Source of the DNA: an uncultured delta proteobacterium
GTDB lineage: Bacteria; Desulfobacterota; Binatia; Binatales; Binataceae
Assembly: GCA_963794325.1 (NCBI GenBank)
Contig: CAWCDG010000004.1
Location: forward strand, 992,001 to 1,056,000
DNA: 64,000 bases
Direction of reading: 5' to 3'
Position numbers and translations under genes: made by a program. The notes under the pieces are model-generated. The model was given only the letters and a program-made list of their open reading frames with translations, ran no database searches and was not told the origin of the DNA. This document shows positions 18,189-28,639 of the stretch, one piece after another. Every line of letters begins with the position of its first letter. Position 1 is the first letter of the stretch.

Positions 18189-19746
18189 GTGCGCCCGAGG
18201 AAAACAAACGTTCTGCGGCTCGCCGCAGCACTCTTGACGCTCGCTGGATGCAGCCATTATCGCGTCGAGAGTCCGCCGGGGACGATTCAGGTCGATATCG
18301 AAACCTCGCCGACCTCGACCGACCCGCGCTTTGGCACCGACGCAATGTCGTCACGGATCAACGAACTCATTTTCGATTCCCTCGCCAAGGCCGATCGCGA
18401 CGGCAATTTCGCCGGCCGTCTTGCCGAGAGCATCGAGCGTCCGTCGCCAACCGAGATCGTGTTTCACCTCAGGCACGGCGTGCGCTTCAGCGACGGTCGC
18501 GAACTTACCGCGCGCGACGTGGTATTCACCTACAATTCGATCATCGCCCCGGAATCGATGTCGCCAAAACGCGCCAGCCTCGAGGAGTTGAAATCAATCG
18601 AAGCGGTCGACGATTACACAGTCGTCATGACCATTGCGCATCAGTACTCGCCGGCGCTCGAGATGGCGACTGAAGGCATCGTGCCCGCCGGCACTACGCT
18701 GCCCGCGCAAGGAAGCGGCGCCGCGCCGGTGGGTAGTGGACCCTTTAAGATGGTCGCCTACTCGCGCGATGAATTCTTGCGGCTTGAAAGCAATACGTAC
18801 TATGCGCGTCAGCCCGGCACCGCTCAGTCGATTTTTTTCAAGATCGTGCCGGACCCGACAGTACGCGCGCTCGAACTCGCAGAAGGCGTTTGCGACTTCT
18901 CGCCGAACAATATTCAGCTCGACGTGCTGCCGTGGCTCGCCGCACACCAGTCGCTCGAGATCAGCAACACCCCGGGCACCACCTATCGCTACCTGTCTTT
19001 CAATTTTCGCAATCCACAGCTGCGCGATATTCGCGTGCGCCGCGCCATCGCCTATGCAATCGATCGCGACACAATAGTCAGTACGGTTTTGCGAGGTACT
19101 GGCCGAATAGCCACTGGCATGCTCTCGCCCGAAAACTGGGCATACGACGGTAACGTGACTAGCTATTCGTACAATCCAGAAAAAGCGCGTCAGCTTCTCG
19201 ATCAGGCTGGCTACCCCGCGGGCAAAAATGGTCTGCGCGGGCTTCGCTTCGAATTCAAAACTACTTCCGAAGGCGCGCGCATCGGCGAAATCTTTCAGGC
19301 GATGCTTCGGCGGGTGGGTATTGAACTGAGTATTCGTTCCCTCGAATTCGCCGCCTATTACGCCGACATCCAGACCGGCAACTTCGACCTGACCTCGTTG
19401 CAGTGGATCGGAATCAACGATCCGAATCAATACTACATGGTGTTCGATTCGAAGAAGACGCCGCCCCATGGCGAGAATCGCGGCTACTATTCAAATCCTG
19501 AAATGGACCGGCTGGTCGAAGCAGGAAAAAGCTTTCGTCGATCGCGACGCACGGAAACAAATCTACGCGCAGGTTCAGCAACTCGCTGCCGACGATCTGC
19601 CCTACGTGTCGATGTGGTGGGTCGACAACGTTGCCGTGATGAATCGACGACTGGCGGGCTTCGAGCCCTACCCGAACGGCAGCTTCCGCTCACTCGCGAC
19701 GCTCACCCTCGTCGGCCCCGGCGGCGCCGGAGAGCCGTCTGAATGA
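18189..19746 (+). pseudogene. Peptide/nickel ABC transporter substrate-binding lipoprotein (family 5), +1 frameshift at about 19526-19530
   Basis: Lipobox LAGC; FHLRHGVRFSDGRELTARDV; GSGPF; C-terminus RKQIYAQVQQLAADDLPY lies in another frame after an A5 run; probably a sequencing indel. Confidence 0.8.
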
Positions 19747-20663
19747 GGTCCTATGCGCTCCGGCGCCTGCTCGCGCTTGTTCCCGTCGCGCTCGGCGTAG
19801 CGACTCTGACCTTCGCGATCATCCACCTCGTGCCCGGCGATCCGGTGATCGCGATGCTGGGTGAGACCGCCGCGCCCGCCGACATTGTCGGCATGCGCCA
19901 TCAGCTCGGCCTCGATCGTCCGCTCCTGGAGCAGTACGCGACCTATCTCGGTGGACTTGCCGTCGGCGATCTCGGCGAGTCGATTTCATATCGCAAGCCG
20001 GTCACGCGCCTCATTGCCGATCGCTTCCCTGCAACCATCGAACTCGCCGCCGCAGGGATGCTCGTCGCTCTGCTCCTGGCATTTCCGCTCGGACTAATTG
20101 CGGGTTCGAATCCCGGCGGCGCTGGCGATCTCGGTGCGATGGGATTCGCAATCGTCGGCATCTCGGTCCCGCATATCTATCTCGGTCCGCTGCTCATGAT
20201 TCTGTTCTCACTGGACCTGCGCTGGTTGCCGCTCACCGGTCGCGGGGGTATCGGTCACCTCGTTTTGCCCGCCTTCACAATCGGAACCGCACTCGCCGCG
20301 ATCCTCGCACGGATGCTGCGTCAGAGCCTGATTCGTGTGCGCGAGAGCGACTACATGCGCACTGCGCTCAGCAAGGGTCTGGGCCCGCGCGCCGCACTTT
20401 TCCGCCACGGCCTCAGGAATGCGCTCACCTCTGTCGTAACCATCATCGGACTTCAAATGGGCGCGTTGCTGAGCGGCACGCTTATCACGGAAATAATTTT
20501 TTCCTGGCCGGGCATCGGACGCCTGCTGATTACTGCGATCGGCGCGCGCGATTATCCCGTCGTCGAAGGATGCGTCCTCACCTTTGCGATGACCTACGTC
20601 GTCGTCAACATGGCGACCGATTTCGTCTATGCAATCATCGACCCGCGAGTGAGAATCTCGTGA
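19743..20663 (+). CDS. Peptide ABC transporter permease (DppB/OppB-like)
   Basis: LVPGDP, LGLDRPL, DYMRTALSKGL, EIIFSWPGIGRL, RDYPVV. Confidence 0.92.
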   Translation: MRSYALRRLLALVPVALGVATLTFAIIHLVPGDPVIAMLGETAAPADIVGMRHQLGLDRPLLEQYATYLGGLAVGDLGESISYRKPVTRLIADRFPATIELAAAGMLVALLLAFPLGLIAGSNPGGAGDLGAMGFAIVGISVPHIYLGPLLMILFSLDLRWLPLTGRGGIGHLVLPAFTIGTALAAILARMLRQSLIRVRESDYMRTALSKGLGPRAALFRHGLRNALTSVVTIIGLQMGALLSGTLITEIIFSWPGIGRLLITAIGARDYPVVEGCVLTFAMTYVVVNMATDFVYAIIDPRVRIS

Positions 20664-21472
20664 TCGCCCGCATCCGCAATCCTTCACTGGCTATTGGAGT
20701 GACTATTGTTGTTACTATCGTTCTCCTCGCGATTGCGGGGCCGATAGTGTTCCGCACCGATCCCCTGTCGATCGATCTTGCAAACATTCTCGCCGGCCCC
20801 AGCCGAGCGCATCCATTTGGCTGCGACGCGCTCGGCCGCGACATTCTGGCCCGCATCCTGTGGGGCGCGCGGCTTTCGCTCTCGATTTCAACCGTCGTCG
20901 TCGCGATCTCTCTCATTGTCGGCAGCCTGATTGGCGCGACCGCCGCGCTGTCGGGTGGCCGAATCGACAACCTCATAATGCGCGGCGTGGACATCGTCCT
21001 CGCGTTCCCCGGAATCCTGCTCGCGATCGCCCTTGCCGCGATTCTCGGACCCGGCCTCATCGATCTCGTCATCGCCCTGACCGCCATGGGATGGACCGGC
21101 TACGCACGCATCGTGCGCGGCGAAGTGCTGACCTTGCGCGAGCGCGAGTACGTCCTCGCTGCCAACACCCTCGGCGCCAGGCCGTCGCGGCTGCTGATGC
21201 GCCATCTGCTGCCGGGTGTCGTCGGACCGCTTGCCGTACAAGCGACGTTTGGAATCGGCGGAATCATCGGCGCCGAAGCCGCGCTGTCATTCCTCGGCCT
21301 GGGCGCGATGCCTCCGACGCCCAGTTGGGGCAACATGCTCGACGCGGGCCGCGCGTTCCTGCTGGTAGCCCCACATCTTACGACCGCGCCGGGACTTGCG
21401 ATCGGATTTTCGATTCTCGGCTTCAACCTCCTCGGCGACGGGATCGCGCAGAAGGTAGGCCATCGCGCTTGA
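20660..21472 (+). CDS. Peptide ABC transporter permease (DppC/OppC-like)
   Basis: HPFGCDALGRD, GARLSL, EAALSFLGLG, PSWGNML; GTG overlaps the upstream stop. Confidence 0.92.
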   Translation: MIARIRNPSLAIGVTIVVTIVLLAIAGPIVFRTDPLSIDLANILAGPSRAHPFGCDALGRDILARILWGARLSLSISTVVVAISLIVGSLIGATAALSGGRIDNLIMRGVDIVLAFPGILLAIALAAILGPGLIDLVIALTAMGWTGYARIVRGEVLTLREREYVLAANTLGARPSRLLMRHLLPGVVGPLAVQATFGIGGIIGAEAALSFLGLGAMPPTPSWGNMLDAGRAFLLVAPHLTTAPGLAIGFSILGFNLLGDGIAQKVGHRA

Positions 21473-21535
21473 GCTTATGTATGCGAACCTCTGAAATTTC
21501 GTGATACTCATTGAGATTCGGACTGAATACCTGTG

Positions 21536-22555
21536 ATGGAGAAAATCGAACCCAGCGAAATGGTCAGCCGCCTGACCGCCTTCATCCGGATCGCGGGCAG
21601 TTTCGACGGCGTCGCGATCGATAACTTTCGCAAGATGCCCGGCGGCGCGTCGCGCGAGATCTGGTCGTTCGATTGCACGATGAGGCAGGGCGGCGAAACG
21701 ACTCGGCGCGCGATGGTCCTGCGGCGCGACCCCGGCGCTCACAATATATCGACCAATCGCCGTCACGAGTTCATGGTGATTCGCGCCGCTTTCGAAGAAC
21801 GCATCCCGGTTCCCGAGGTGTTTTGGGTTTCGGAGGATCCCAGTGTCCTCGGTTCCGCTTTCTTCATCATGGAGCGCGTCGACGGCGAAACCCTGGCGCG
21901 TCGTCTCCTCCGCGATGACGCATATGCTCGCGCGCGTGAAGTAATGCTCGCGCAACTCGCCGAGATTCTGGCGAACATTCATCGAATCGATCCCGCCAAC
22001 CACCAGCTCGACTTCCTGACCGAGCCCGGCGACAACGCAGCGCTCACCGAAGTCAAACGTTACGAGGAAAACTTTCGTCGCCTCGCTCTCGAGCCGCATC
22101 CCGCGTTCGAATTGGCCTTTCGATGGCTCCTGAAGCGGGTGCCGAGGACGCCGCGCAAAACGCTCGTTCACGGCGACTACCGAATCGGCAACGTCATTTT
22201 CGGTCCCGAAGGCGTGCGCTCGATCCTCGATTGGGAACTGGCCCATCTCGGCGATCCGATGGAGGACGTCGGCTGGATGTGCGTGCGCGCCTGGCGTTTC
22301 GGCAATGATCAGAAGCCGGTCGGCGGCCTCGGCACCCGCGAAGATTTCTTCCGCGCGTACGAACAAGCCAGCGGCACCCCGGTCGATCCCGATGCGGCGC
22401 GCTTCTGGGAGGTCTTCGGCAATCTGCGCTGGGGCATAATCACCATCAGCCAGGCCCGCACTCACATCGACGGGTTCGTAAAGAGCGTCGAACTGGCTAG
22501 TATCGGCCGGCGGACTGCCGAAACTGAACTCGAACTGCTGAATCTCATCGAATAG
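21536..22555 (+). CDS. APH-family phosphotransferase (ACAD10/11 kinase or LvaA-like)
   Basis: GGASRE, LVHGDYRIGN, LDWELAHLGDPMEDVGW. Confidence 0.88.
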   Translation: MEKIEPSEMVSRLTAFIRIAGSFDGVAIDNFRKMPGGASREIWSFDCTMRQGGETTRRAMVLRRDPGAHNISTNRRHEFMVIRAAFEERIPVPEVFWVSEDPSVLGSAFFIMERVDGETLARRLLRDDAYARAREVMLAQLAEILANIHRIDPANHQLDFLTEPGDNAALTEVKRYEENFRRLALEPHPAFELAFRWLLKRVPRTPRKTLVHGDYRIGNVIFGPEGVRSILDWELAHLGDPMEDVGWMCVRAWRFGNDQKPVGGLGTREDFFRAYEQASGTPVDPDAARFWEVFGNLRWGIITISQARTHIDGFVKSVELASIGRRTAETELELLNLIE

Positions 22556-22583
22556 CAACATGATAATCAAGTGAGTAATCGAC

Positions 22584-23009
22584 ATGCAGGATCGACCGAC
22601 CTCAATTGAATTGCTCGAAGCGGCCGCCGACTTCGTCGATCGTGAACTCGTGCCGACAATCGAGGGCGCTCGCCAGTTTCAGACACGAGTCGTCGCCAAC
22701 GTGATGCGAATCGTGGCGCGCGAAATAAAGATGGAAGATCCGCTTGTGCGTAGCGAAGTAAAAGCGCTGGCACGATTGCTCGGACACGATGCGCCGCATC
22801 TGCACAGCCTCGACGATCTGCGCAAGGCCGCCGCCGGGATGGGCGAAGAATTAACCGCGAAGATTCGCGCCGGCGAGGCTGACGACGGCGACTGGCGCCG
22901 CGAAGTGCTCGCGGTCGTGCGCCAAAGCGTCGAAGACAAACTGCGTATCGCGAATCCGCGCTACCTCGAAAGTGATATAGCTATTCGCAATGCAAGGAGA
23001 TCTGACTAA
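22584..23009 (+). CDS. DUF6285-like small partner protein (LvaB-like)
   Basis: MQDRPTSIELLEA, FQTRVVAN, KLRIANPRYL; directly follows the APH kinase; family recognised from memory. Confidence 0.7.
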   Translation: MQDRPTSIELLEAAADFVDRELVPTIEGARQFQTRVVANVMRIVAREIKMEDPLVRSEVKALARLLGHDAPHLHSLDDLRKAAAGMGEELTAKIRAGEADDGDWRREVLAVVRQSVEDKLRIANPRYLESDIAIRNARRSD

Positions 23010-24028
23010 TGCCTGAAACCAAAGTAGTATTGCTCGAACAAGACGACCTGATGCATACCAACACCGGCGAGTCCAATTTCAACGAAAGCGCCTATTACAA
23101 CTTTTACGATCGGAGCCAGCGCCTCGGTGGCTTCATCCGACTGGGTAATCGCGCGAACGAAGGTTACGCTGAGATGACGGCGTGCCTTTACCTTCCTGAC
23201 GGCACTGTCGGCTTCATGTTCCAGCGCCCCGAGATCAAAAATAATGACGCACACAACGCGGGCGGCGCAAGGTTCGAGGTCCTGAAACCGTTCGAGCGCC
23301 ATCACGTCGGTTATCACGGCAAACTATGCATTCTGAAAAATCCGCTCGAGATGGCCGACCCTGCCAAGGCGTTCAAAACCAATCCCTACTCGAAAGCCGC
23401 GCTCGAAATTGACTACGTCGCCACCTCTCCCGGATGGGGCGGCGAGTTGCGCGAAAAAATCGGAGATCAATGGGTCGCGCCGAAACCGTCCGGAAACCCC
23501 GAGGCCCAATTCGCCAAGGGTCACCTCGAGCAGCTCGGCCACGCAACCGGAAAATTGGCGCTCACGACCGATGGCAAGGACCGCGAGTTCAAAATCGACG
23601 GGCTAGGCCTGCGCGATCACAGCTGGGGACCGCGCTACTGGCAGGCGCCGAAGTTCTATCGATGGCTAACGATGAACTTCGACCAGGATCTCGGCGGGAT
23701 GGCCACCATTACGGTGAATCGCGACGGCAGCGAGCGTCCCGGCGGATTCATCGCGCGCAAGGGGCAGCCCTTTCTACATATCGTAAAGGTCGACGTGCAA
23801 ACCGAATTCGCCGGCGATCAACAGCTGCACGACAAGATCAGGGCAACCTGTCAGACCACGGATGGCGGATCGCCAATAGTCATTACCGGAAAAGTGCTAT
23901 CGATGATTCCGCTCCGCAACCGCCGCGCCGGAATAGTCACTCGAATCGCCGAAGGCATGACCGAGTGGAACTGGGACGGCAAGATTGGCTATGGGCTTTC
24001 CGAGTATCTCGATCACTTCGACGAATAG
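23009..24028 (+). CDS. Hypothetical protein, tocopherol-cyclase/AttH-like beta fold
   Basis: NESAYYNFYD, GHLEQLG, GLRDHSWGPR, GYGLSEY motifs; translationally coupled to the upstream gene. Confidence 0.65.
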   Translation: MPETKVVLLEQDDLMHTNTGESNFNESAYYNFYDRSQRLGGFIRLGNRANEGYAEMTACLYLPDGTVGFMFQRPEIKNNDAHNAGGARFEVLKPFERHHVGYHGKLCILKNPLEMADPAKAFKTNPYSKAALEIDYVATSPGWGGELREKIGDQWVAPKPSGNPEAQFAKGHLEQLGHATGKLALTTDGKDREFKIDGLGLRDHSWGPRYWQAPKFYRWLTMNFDQDLGGMATITVNRDGSERPGGFIARKGQPFLHIVKVDVQTEFAGDQQLHDKIRATCQTTDGGSPIVITGKVLSMIPLRNRRAGIVTRIAEGMTEWNWDGKIGYGLSEYLDHFDE

Positions 24029-24036
24029 TCAGTCGC

Positions 24037-25071
24037 TCATCTTTTATTCTTGAGCGCCCGCAAACTTTGCTCGTACGGCGGATACGCGACACCCTTTTCG
24101 GTGATGATCGCACTAACTAATTCCGCCGGCGTCACGTCGAATGCGGGATTGAATGTGCTAACGCCCTTCGGCGTTAACTGTTTACCGCCATACTCAGTGA
24201 GCTCGCGGCCCGATCGTTCTTCGATCGGAATCGCCGCTCCGTCGGGACAGTCCAGATCAATCGAAGACAGCGGCGCGGCAACGTAAAACGGTACGCCGTG
24301 ACGCCGCGCCATCACGGCCAGCGGGTAGGTCCCGATTTTGTTCGCAACGTCGCCGTTCGCGGCCGTTCGATCGGTACCCACCACCACGCAACTGATCTTG
24401 TTTTGCGCGAGCACCGTCGCCGCCATGTTATCGGCAATCACCGTTACCGGTATCCGATCTTTATGCAGTTCCCACGCGGTCAGCCGCGAGCCCTGTAGAA
24501 ACGGCCGCGTCTCGTCGGCGTACACCTGGATCTTTTTTCCCGCATCGCGTGCCGCACGTACCACCCCGAGCGCCGTGCCATATCCCGCCGTCGCGAGCGC
24601 GCCGGCATTGCAATGCGTCAACACCACCGCCGGGTCGCCAATAAGTTCGGCGCCGAATTTTCCCATCGCACGATTCGCCGAAATGTCTTCCGTGTATACC
24701 GCGATCGCTTCGGCGCGCATGCGCGCAAATAGTCCGGCGGCGTCAAGCGAGATGTTCTCGTCGAGCACTCGTCCCATCCGATCCACCGCCCATGCCAGGT
24801 TCACCGCAGTCGGCCGAGTGGCTTTCAGAGCCTTCGCGACGACCTCGAAGCGTTTTTTCGCCTTCGCGTTCGCGGTGCCCTTAATTCCGAGTGCGACGCC
24901 CATCGCGGCCGCTACGCCGATCGCCGGCGCTCCGCGAATCACCATCGTGCGGATCGCCTCCGCCACGCCCCGATAGTCGCGATAGGTTCTAATTACTTCG
25001 CGTGCGGGCAGCAGGCGCTGATCGATCATCCGGACGGTGTCCGCCCGCCATTCAATAGTCATCACTGCCAT
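24037..25071 (-). CDS. mtnA: S-methyl-5-thioribose-1-phosphate isomerase
   Basis: IRGAPAIG, RPTAVNL, LTHCNAGALAT, ETRPFLQGSRLT, NKIGTY, FNPAFDVTP. Confidence 0.95.
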   Translation of the reverse strand: MAVMTIEWRADTVRMIDQRLLPAREVIRTYRDYRGVAEAIRTMVIRGAPAIGVAAAMGVALGIKGTANAKAKKRFEVVAKALKATRPTAVNLAWAVDRMGRVLDENISLDAAGLFARMRAEAIAVYTEDISANRAMGKFGAELIGDPAVVLTHCNAGALATAGYGTALGVVRAARDAGKKIQVYADETRPFLQGSRLTAWELHKDRIPVTVIADNMAATVLAQNKISCVVVGTDRTAANGDVANKIGTYPLAVMARRHGVPFYVAAPLSSIDLDCPDGAAIPIEERSGRELTEYGGKQLTPKGVSTFNPAFDVTPAELVSAIITEKGVAYPPYEQSLRALKNKR

Positions 25072-25229
25072 CTGGTCTGACTCTTACAAATGCGACTGAG
25101 TTTTCAAATCTGTGCTGCAAATCTGTGCTGAACGCGCAATAGAAAGCGGCGCTGCAGATGATACGCGGCGCCGCTCAACTACCCCGGATCGCACGATACC
25201 GCATTGCGCCGGTACGCGCGAATCTCGAC

Positions 25230-25613
25230 TTAAACTCTTTCGTATACTCCGCGCGCTTTTCGTTTTGCAGCACCGGCATCGATCCATCGCGTGATCGCCG
25301 CAAAGATCTCCGACGGCCGCTTTCCCTTGAGTCCCCGCACGTCGCGCACGTCGGACGCCTTGAACTGTTTGGGAAGTGCGGAGAGCACGGCACGCCAATT
25401 GACCCGGCCGCTCGGCCCGCTGCTGACCGCTTTCGACGCGCGCGATCCGCCACCAATCAACGATCCCAGTCGCGCTTCCTCCTGCTTCAATTTACTCAGT
25501 GCCGATTCCTTCACGCGGATCTCTTTGCGGAGATTGAGTAGTAAATTGCGCGCCTGGCGCTGTACTTGTTCGAATGCCGACGCGGCTCCGCGAGAGGTAT
25601 TCTTACGAGGCAT
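25230..25613 (-). CDS. Small basic hypothetical protein (coiled coil plus putative winged helix)
   Basis: 127 aa, ATG preceded by AAGGAGA, K/R-rich, ends in the wing-like RKARGVYERV. Confidence 0.7.
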   Translation of the reverse strand: MPRKNTSRGAASAFEQVQRQARNLLLNLRKEIRVKESALSKLKQEEARLGSLIGGGSRASKAVSSGPSGRVNWRAVLSALPKQFKASDVRDVRGLKGKRPSEIFAAITRWIDAGAAKRKARGVYERV

Positions 25614-25808
25614 GTAGCTATCTCCTTCCCCGGGAATTGGTCAGTACAAATCGACTTTGAACATACACAATCAGTACCACGCCTACAAGTATGAAAAGGT
25701 CATTCAGGATCGACAACTGCATATAGCCGATAGTGTTTTGATTGACGCAACCAGATAGTCACACACGGAAAAGTTATCTCAGTCGCCGACGCATTACATT
25801 GCCGGCAG

Positions 25809-25884
25809 GTGGCACAGGCTTTAGCCTGTGATTTTCTGGTCCCTGCAAATCCGGGAAAGAATCACAGGCTGAAGCCTGTGCCAC
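25809..25884. repeat. Family B GTGG-REP inverted doublet (REPIN-like)
   Basis: GTGGCACAGGCTTTAGCCTGTG-spacer-CACAGGCTGAAGCCTGTGCCAC; matches 4807 and 54997. Confidence 0.9.
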
Positions 25885-26223
25885 GTTTGTTAGAACAGCC
25901 CAGCCGGCTCATCAGCAGAAGTTGAAATCGCCACCACTGCCGCGTACGGCAAAACGATTTTAAAACTATCCAGGAACCATAGTGGTACAAATATCGCGCA
26001 TAAGCATCCGTACTAGTTCAATAACTACTGGCAGTGATTTTCCTGACTGATAGCCGTTGGCTATTGGGCGAAAATCGCGAAGAAGTCCGTGCAAAGAGTA
26101 CTATGTTTGAGTCTGCCGCGATGCTATAAGCATCTCGGAATTTTGACCAGATGCGCGCTCTTGGTATTGCTACAAACGCCTGACGCCACGAAGGACTCGG
26201 GGCAGCGCGCAAGGAGAGGGGTA

Positions 26224-26538
26224 ATGGGCCGCAGACTGTATGTTGGGAATCTGGCTTGGACTGTGACCGACCAGGATCTGCTCGACGTATTTTCCGAAGC
26301 AGGAAAGGTGGACAGCTCGCAAGTCATCATCGACCGCGCCACCAACCGCTCGCGAGGATTCGGTTTCGTCGAGATGGGTACCGATGAGGCGGCCGAAGGC
26401 GCAATCAAGACACTGAACGGCCGCGACATCAAAGGCCGTCCGATTCGCGTCAACGAAGCGCAGGCGCGCAGCGGCGGAGGTGGTGGCGGGGGCGGCGGTG
26501 GTGGCGGCGAACGCCGCGGCGGGGGACGCGACCACTAG
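26224..26538 (+). CDS. RRM RNA-binding protein with Gly-rich tail
   Basis: RNP2 LYVGNL, RNP1 RGFGFVEM, VNEA, poly-Gly; GGAGAGG RBS. Confidence 0.93.
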   Translation: MGRRLYVGNLAWTVTDQDLLDVFSEAGKVDSSQVIIDRATNRSRGFGFVEMGTDEAAEGAIKTLNGRDIKGRPIRVNEAQARSGGGGGGGGGGGGERRGGGRDH

Positions 26539-26682
26539 TCAGTTCCGGCATTTCTGACTAGTCACGCGATTGTAGTTTCGCCCTCGCGTCGCGCCTCAAA
26601 ATATACTTGACCGACTGCAAGGAACGCCCGATTCTTAAGGCGCAACCTTGCGACTCATCGTCCCTCGTGCTCAGCTTTCATC

Positions 26683-27621
26683 GTGGAACTCATCACGCTC
26701 GAAGCTCAGAGCGAGCGCGCCGTCATCGTGCCCGCCGCCGGATGCCAATGCCTTAGCTACCGGATCGGTGCGCTCGAGGTTCTCGCGGGTCCTGACAGTC
26801 CCGACGTATGGCGCGATCATCCGCATCGCGGCGGCATTCCGATTCTTTTTCCATGGCCTGGCCGCGTTGCCGGCGGGCGCTTCACTTTCGAGGGACGCGA
26901 ATATCGGCTTCCGCTGAACGAGCCCGCGCGCGGCAACGCGATTCACGGTTTCGCATGCGAGCGCGCATTTCGGGTCACGCGGCGCGGACCGTACTTTGTC
27001 ACCGCGCTTCTCGATTCTTCTGACTATTCGGATCTCGACGCGATCTGGCCATGGCCGTTCGCGCTCGAAATAGATTACGAAGTGGGTAATGGGCTGAGAT
27101 TGAAGGCGCGCATCACCAACACCGGCGACTCGTTAATGCCGTTCGGATTCGGAGCGCATCCATATTTTCACGCGCCGCTCAATCCCAAGGGCGTTCGCGA
27201 TGCGCTCGAGATTCAGCTCGACGCCGACGCTCGATGGACGCTGGATGCGAGCATGATTCCCACCGGCGCCACCGAGCCGCTCGCCGGTAAGTTCGATTTT
27301 CGCGCGCCGCGTTCACTTGGCGCCAATATCTACGACGACGCATTTCATATGGCGCCAATCTCGATCGACGATGCGTCAACGCCGCGGGCGCGGCTTATCG
27401 ATCCGTCGCTGAAAATTGCAGTAGAGGTCCGCGCCGACGCCGCATTCGGCGACTTCGTCGTGTTTGCGCCCCCGAACAATCCGGTAGTCGCGCTCGAGCC
27501 CTACACCTGCGCCCCCGACGCCTTCAATCTCGCCGAGCGCGGCGTCGCGGCCGGCATGCGCAAGCTTGCTCCCGGTCAGACCTTCGAAGCTGGCTTCGAG
27601 ATTCGCGTCAACGTCCCTTGA
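26683..27621 (+). CDS. Aldose 1-epimerase family protein
   Basis: ILFPWPGRV, AIHGF, GFGAHPYF, VALEPYTCAPDAFN. Confidence 0.9.
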   Translation: MELITLEAQSERAVIVPAAGCQCLSYRIGALEVLAGPDSPDVWRDHPHRGGIPILFPWPGRVAGGRFTFEGREYRLPLNEPARGNAIHGFACERAFRVTRRGPYFVTALLDSSDYSDLDAIWPWPFALEIDYEVGNGLRLKARITNTGDSLMPFGFGAHPYFHAPLNPKGVRDALEIQLDADARWTLDASMIPTGATEPLAGKFDFRAPRSLGANIYDDAFHMAPISIDDASTPRARLIDPSLKIAVEVRADAAFGDFVVFAPPNNPVVALEPYTCAPDAFNLAERGVAAGMRKLAPGQTFEAGFEIRVNVP

Positions 27622-28417
27622 AGCGCGGCTCGCGCCGCTGCGCCAGCGCCGACGCGCCCTCGCGAAAATCCTCGGTGAGCAGCAGCGAGCTTTGCGCCAG
27701 CACCTCGAGCTCCTGGAATGTCATCTTGTCCAGCCCGTGACCTTTGTCGATGATCCGTTTTGCGAGCCCGACCGCGAGCGGCGCATTCCGCGCCATCTCG
27801 CGCGCCAGTTCTTCGGCCGCCGCGAGATGCGTCCCGTCGGCGACGACGCGATTCACCAGCCCGATCTTTTCGGCGTCCGCCGCCTCGATCATCCGCGCCG
27901 TCATGATCAGTTCCTTCGAGCGCGCATAGCCGACCGTCCGCGTCAGCCGCGTCGTGCCGCCCACGTCGGGCACCAACCCGATGCGCACTTCCGGCATCCC
28001 CAGCCGCGCGCCGGCCGACGCGATTCTCGCATCGCACGCGAGCGCCAACTCGAGCCCGAGTCCGCCGACGAAGCCATGCAACGCGCCGATAACCGGTTTC
28101 TCGATACTCTCGATCCGATTCAACGACGCCTGCGACTCCGCCACGAAGCGCCGGAAGCGTTGCATGTCGGGCCCGCCGCCATGACCGCCTTGCGCGCCGG
28201 TGTCATTGGCGAGCGAAGTGAAATCGATACCCGCCGAGAACGCCTGGCCCTCGCCGTAGATGATGATCGCGCGAACCTCGTTGCGATCGACCTCGTCGAT
28301 CGCCTCCGGAATCGCGCGCAACATCGCCTGGTTAATCGCGTTGCGCTTCTCCGGCCGATTGAGCGCGATATACGCAATCTCACCCTCGATCCGAACGTTG
28401 ATTGGATTTTCCGCCAT
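27608..28417 (-). CDS. Enoyl-CoA hydratase/isomerase family protein
   Basis: LNRPEKRNA, FSAGID, GGLGLELALACD, PEVRIGLVPDVGG. Confidence 0.93.
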   Translation of the reverse strand: MAENPINVRIEGEIAYIALNRPEKRNAINQAMLRAIPEAIDEVDRNEVRAIIIYGEGQAFSAGIDFTSLANDTGAQGGHGGGPDMQRFRRFVAESQASLNRIESIEKPVIGALHGFVGGLGLELALACDARIASAGARLGMPEVRIGLVPDVGGTTRLTRTVGYARSKELIMTARMIEAADAEKIGLVNRVVADGTHLAAAEELAREMARNAPLAVGLAKRIIDKGHGLDKMTFQELEVLAQSSLLLTEDFREGASALAQRREPRFKGR

Positions 28418-28484
28418 AAGACACCTCGCCAGCTAAGGTATCGCGCACCCGCAACACCGGTGCAACCGTGCTCCTTTTCCCGCG

Positions 28485-28596
28485 AACCTGAGAGCGAAAG
28501 GTTGTCCTCAACATTTCGCGATTAGCATTTTTCACTGGGTGCAGGGGTCACCCCTGCCGCGGAAGCGTGAAACCCGCGCAGGGTTTCACATTAAAT
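28485..28596 (+). repeat. Family A three-hairpin element (head H1, tail T1)
   Basis: GCGAAAGGTTGTCCTCAACATTTCGC, GGGTGCAGGGGTCACCCCTGCC, GTGAAACCCGCGCAGGGTTTCAC. Confidence 0.92.
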
Positions 28597-28639
28597 TGAG
28601 TTCTTCTGCTGACTGTTCGCGTCGCGCGCTCTCGCGATC

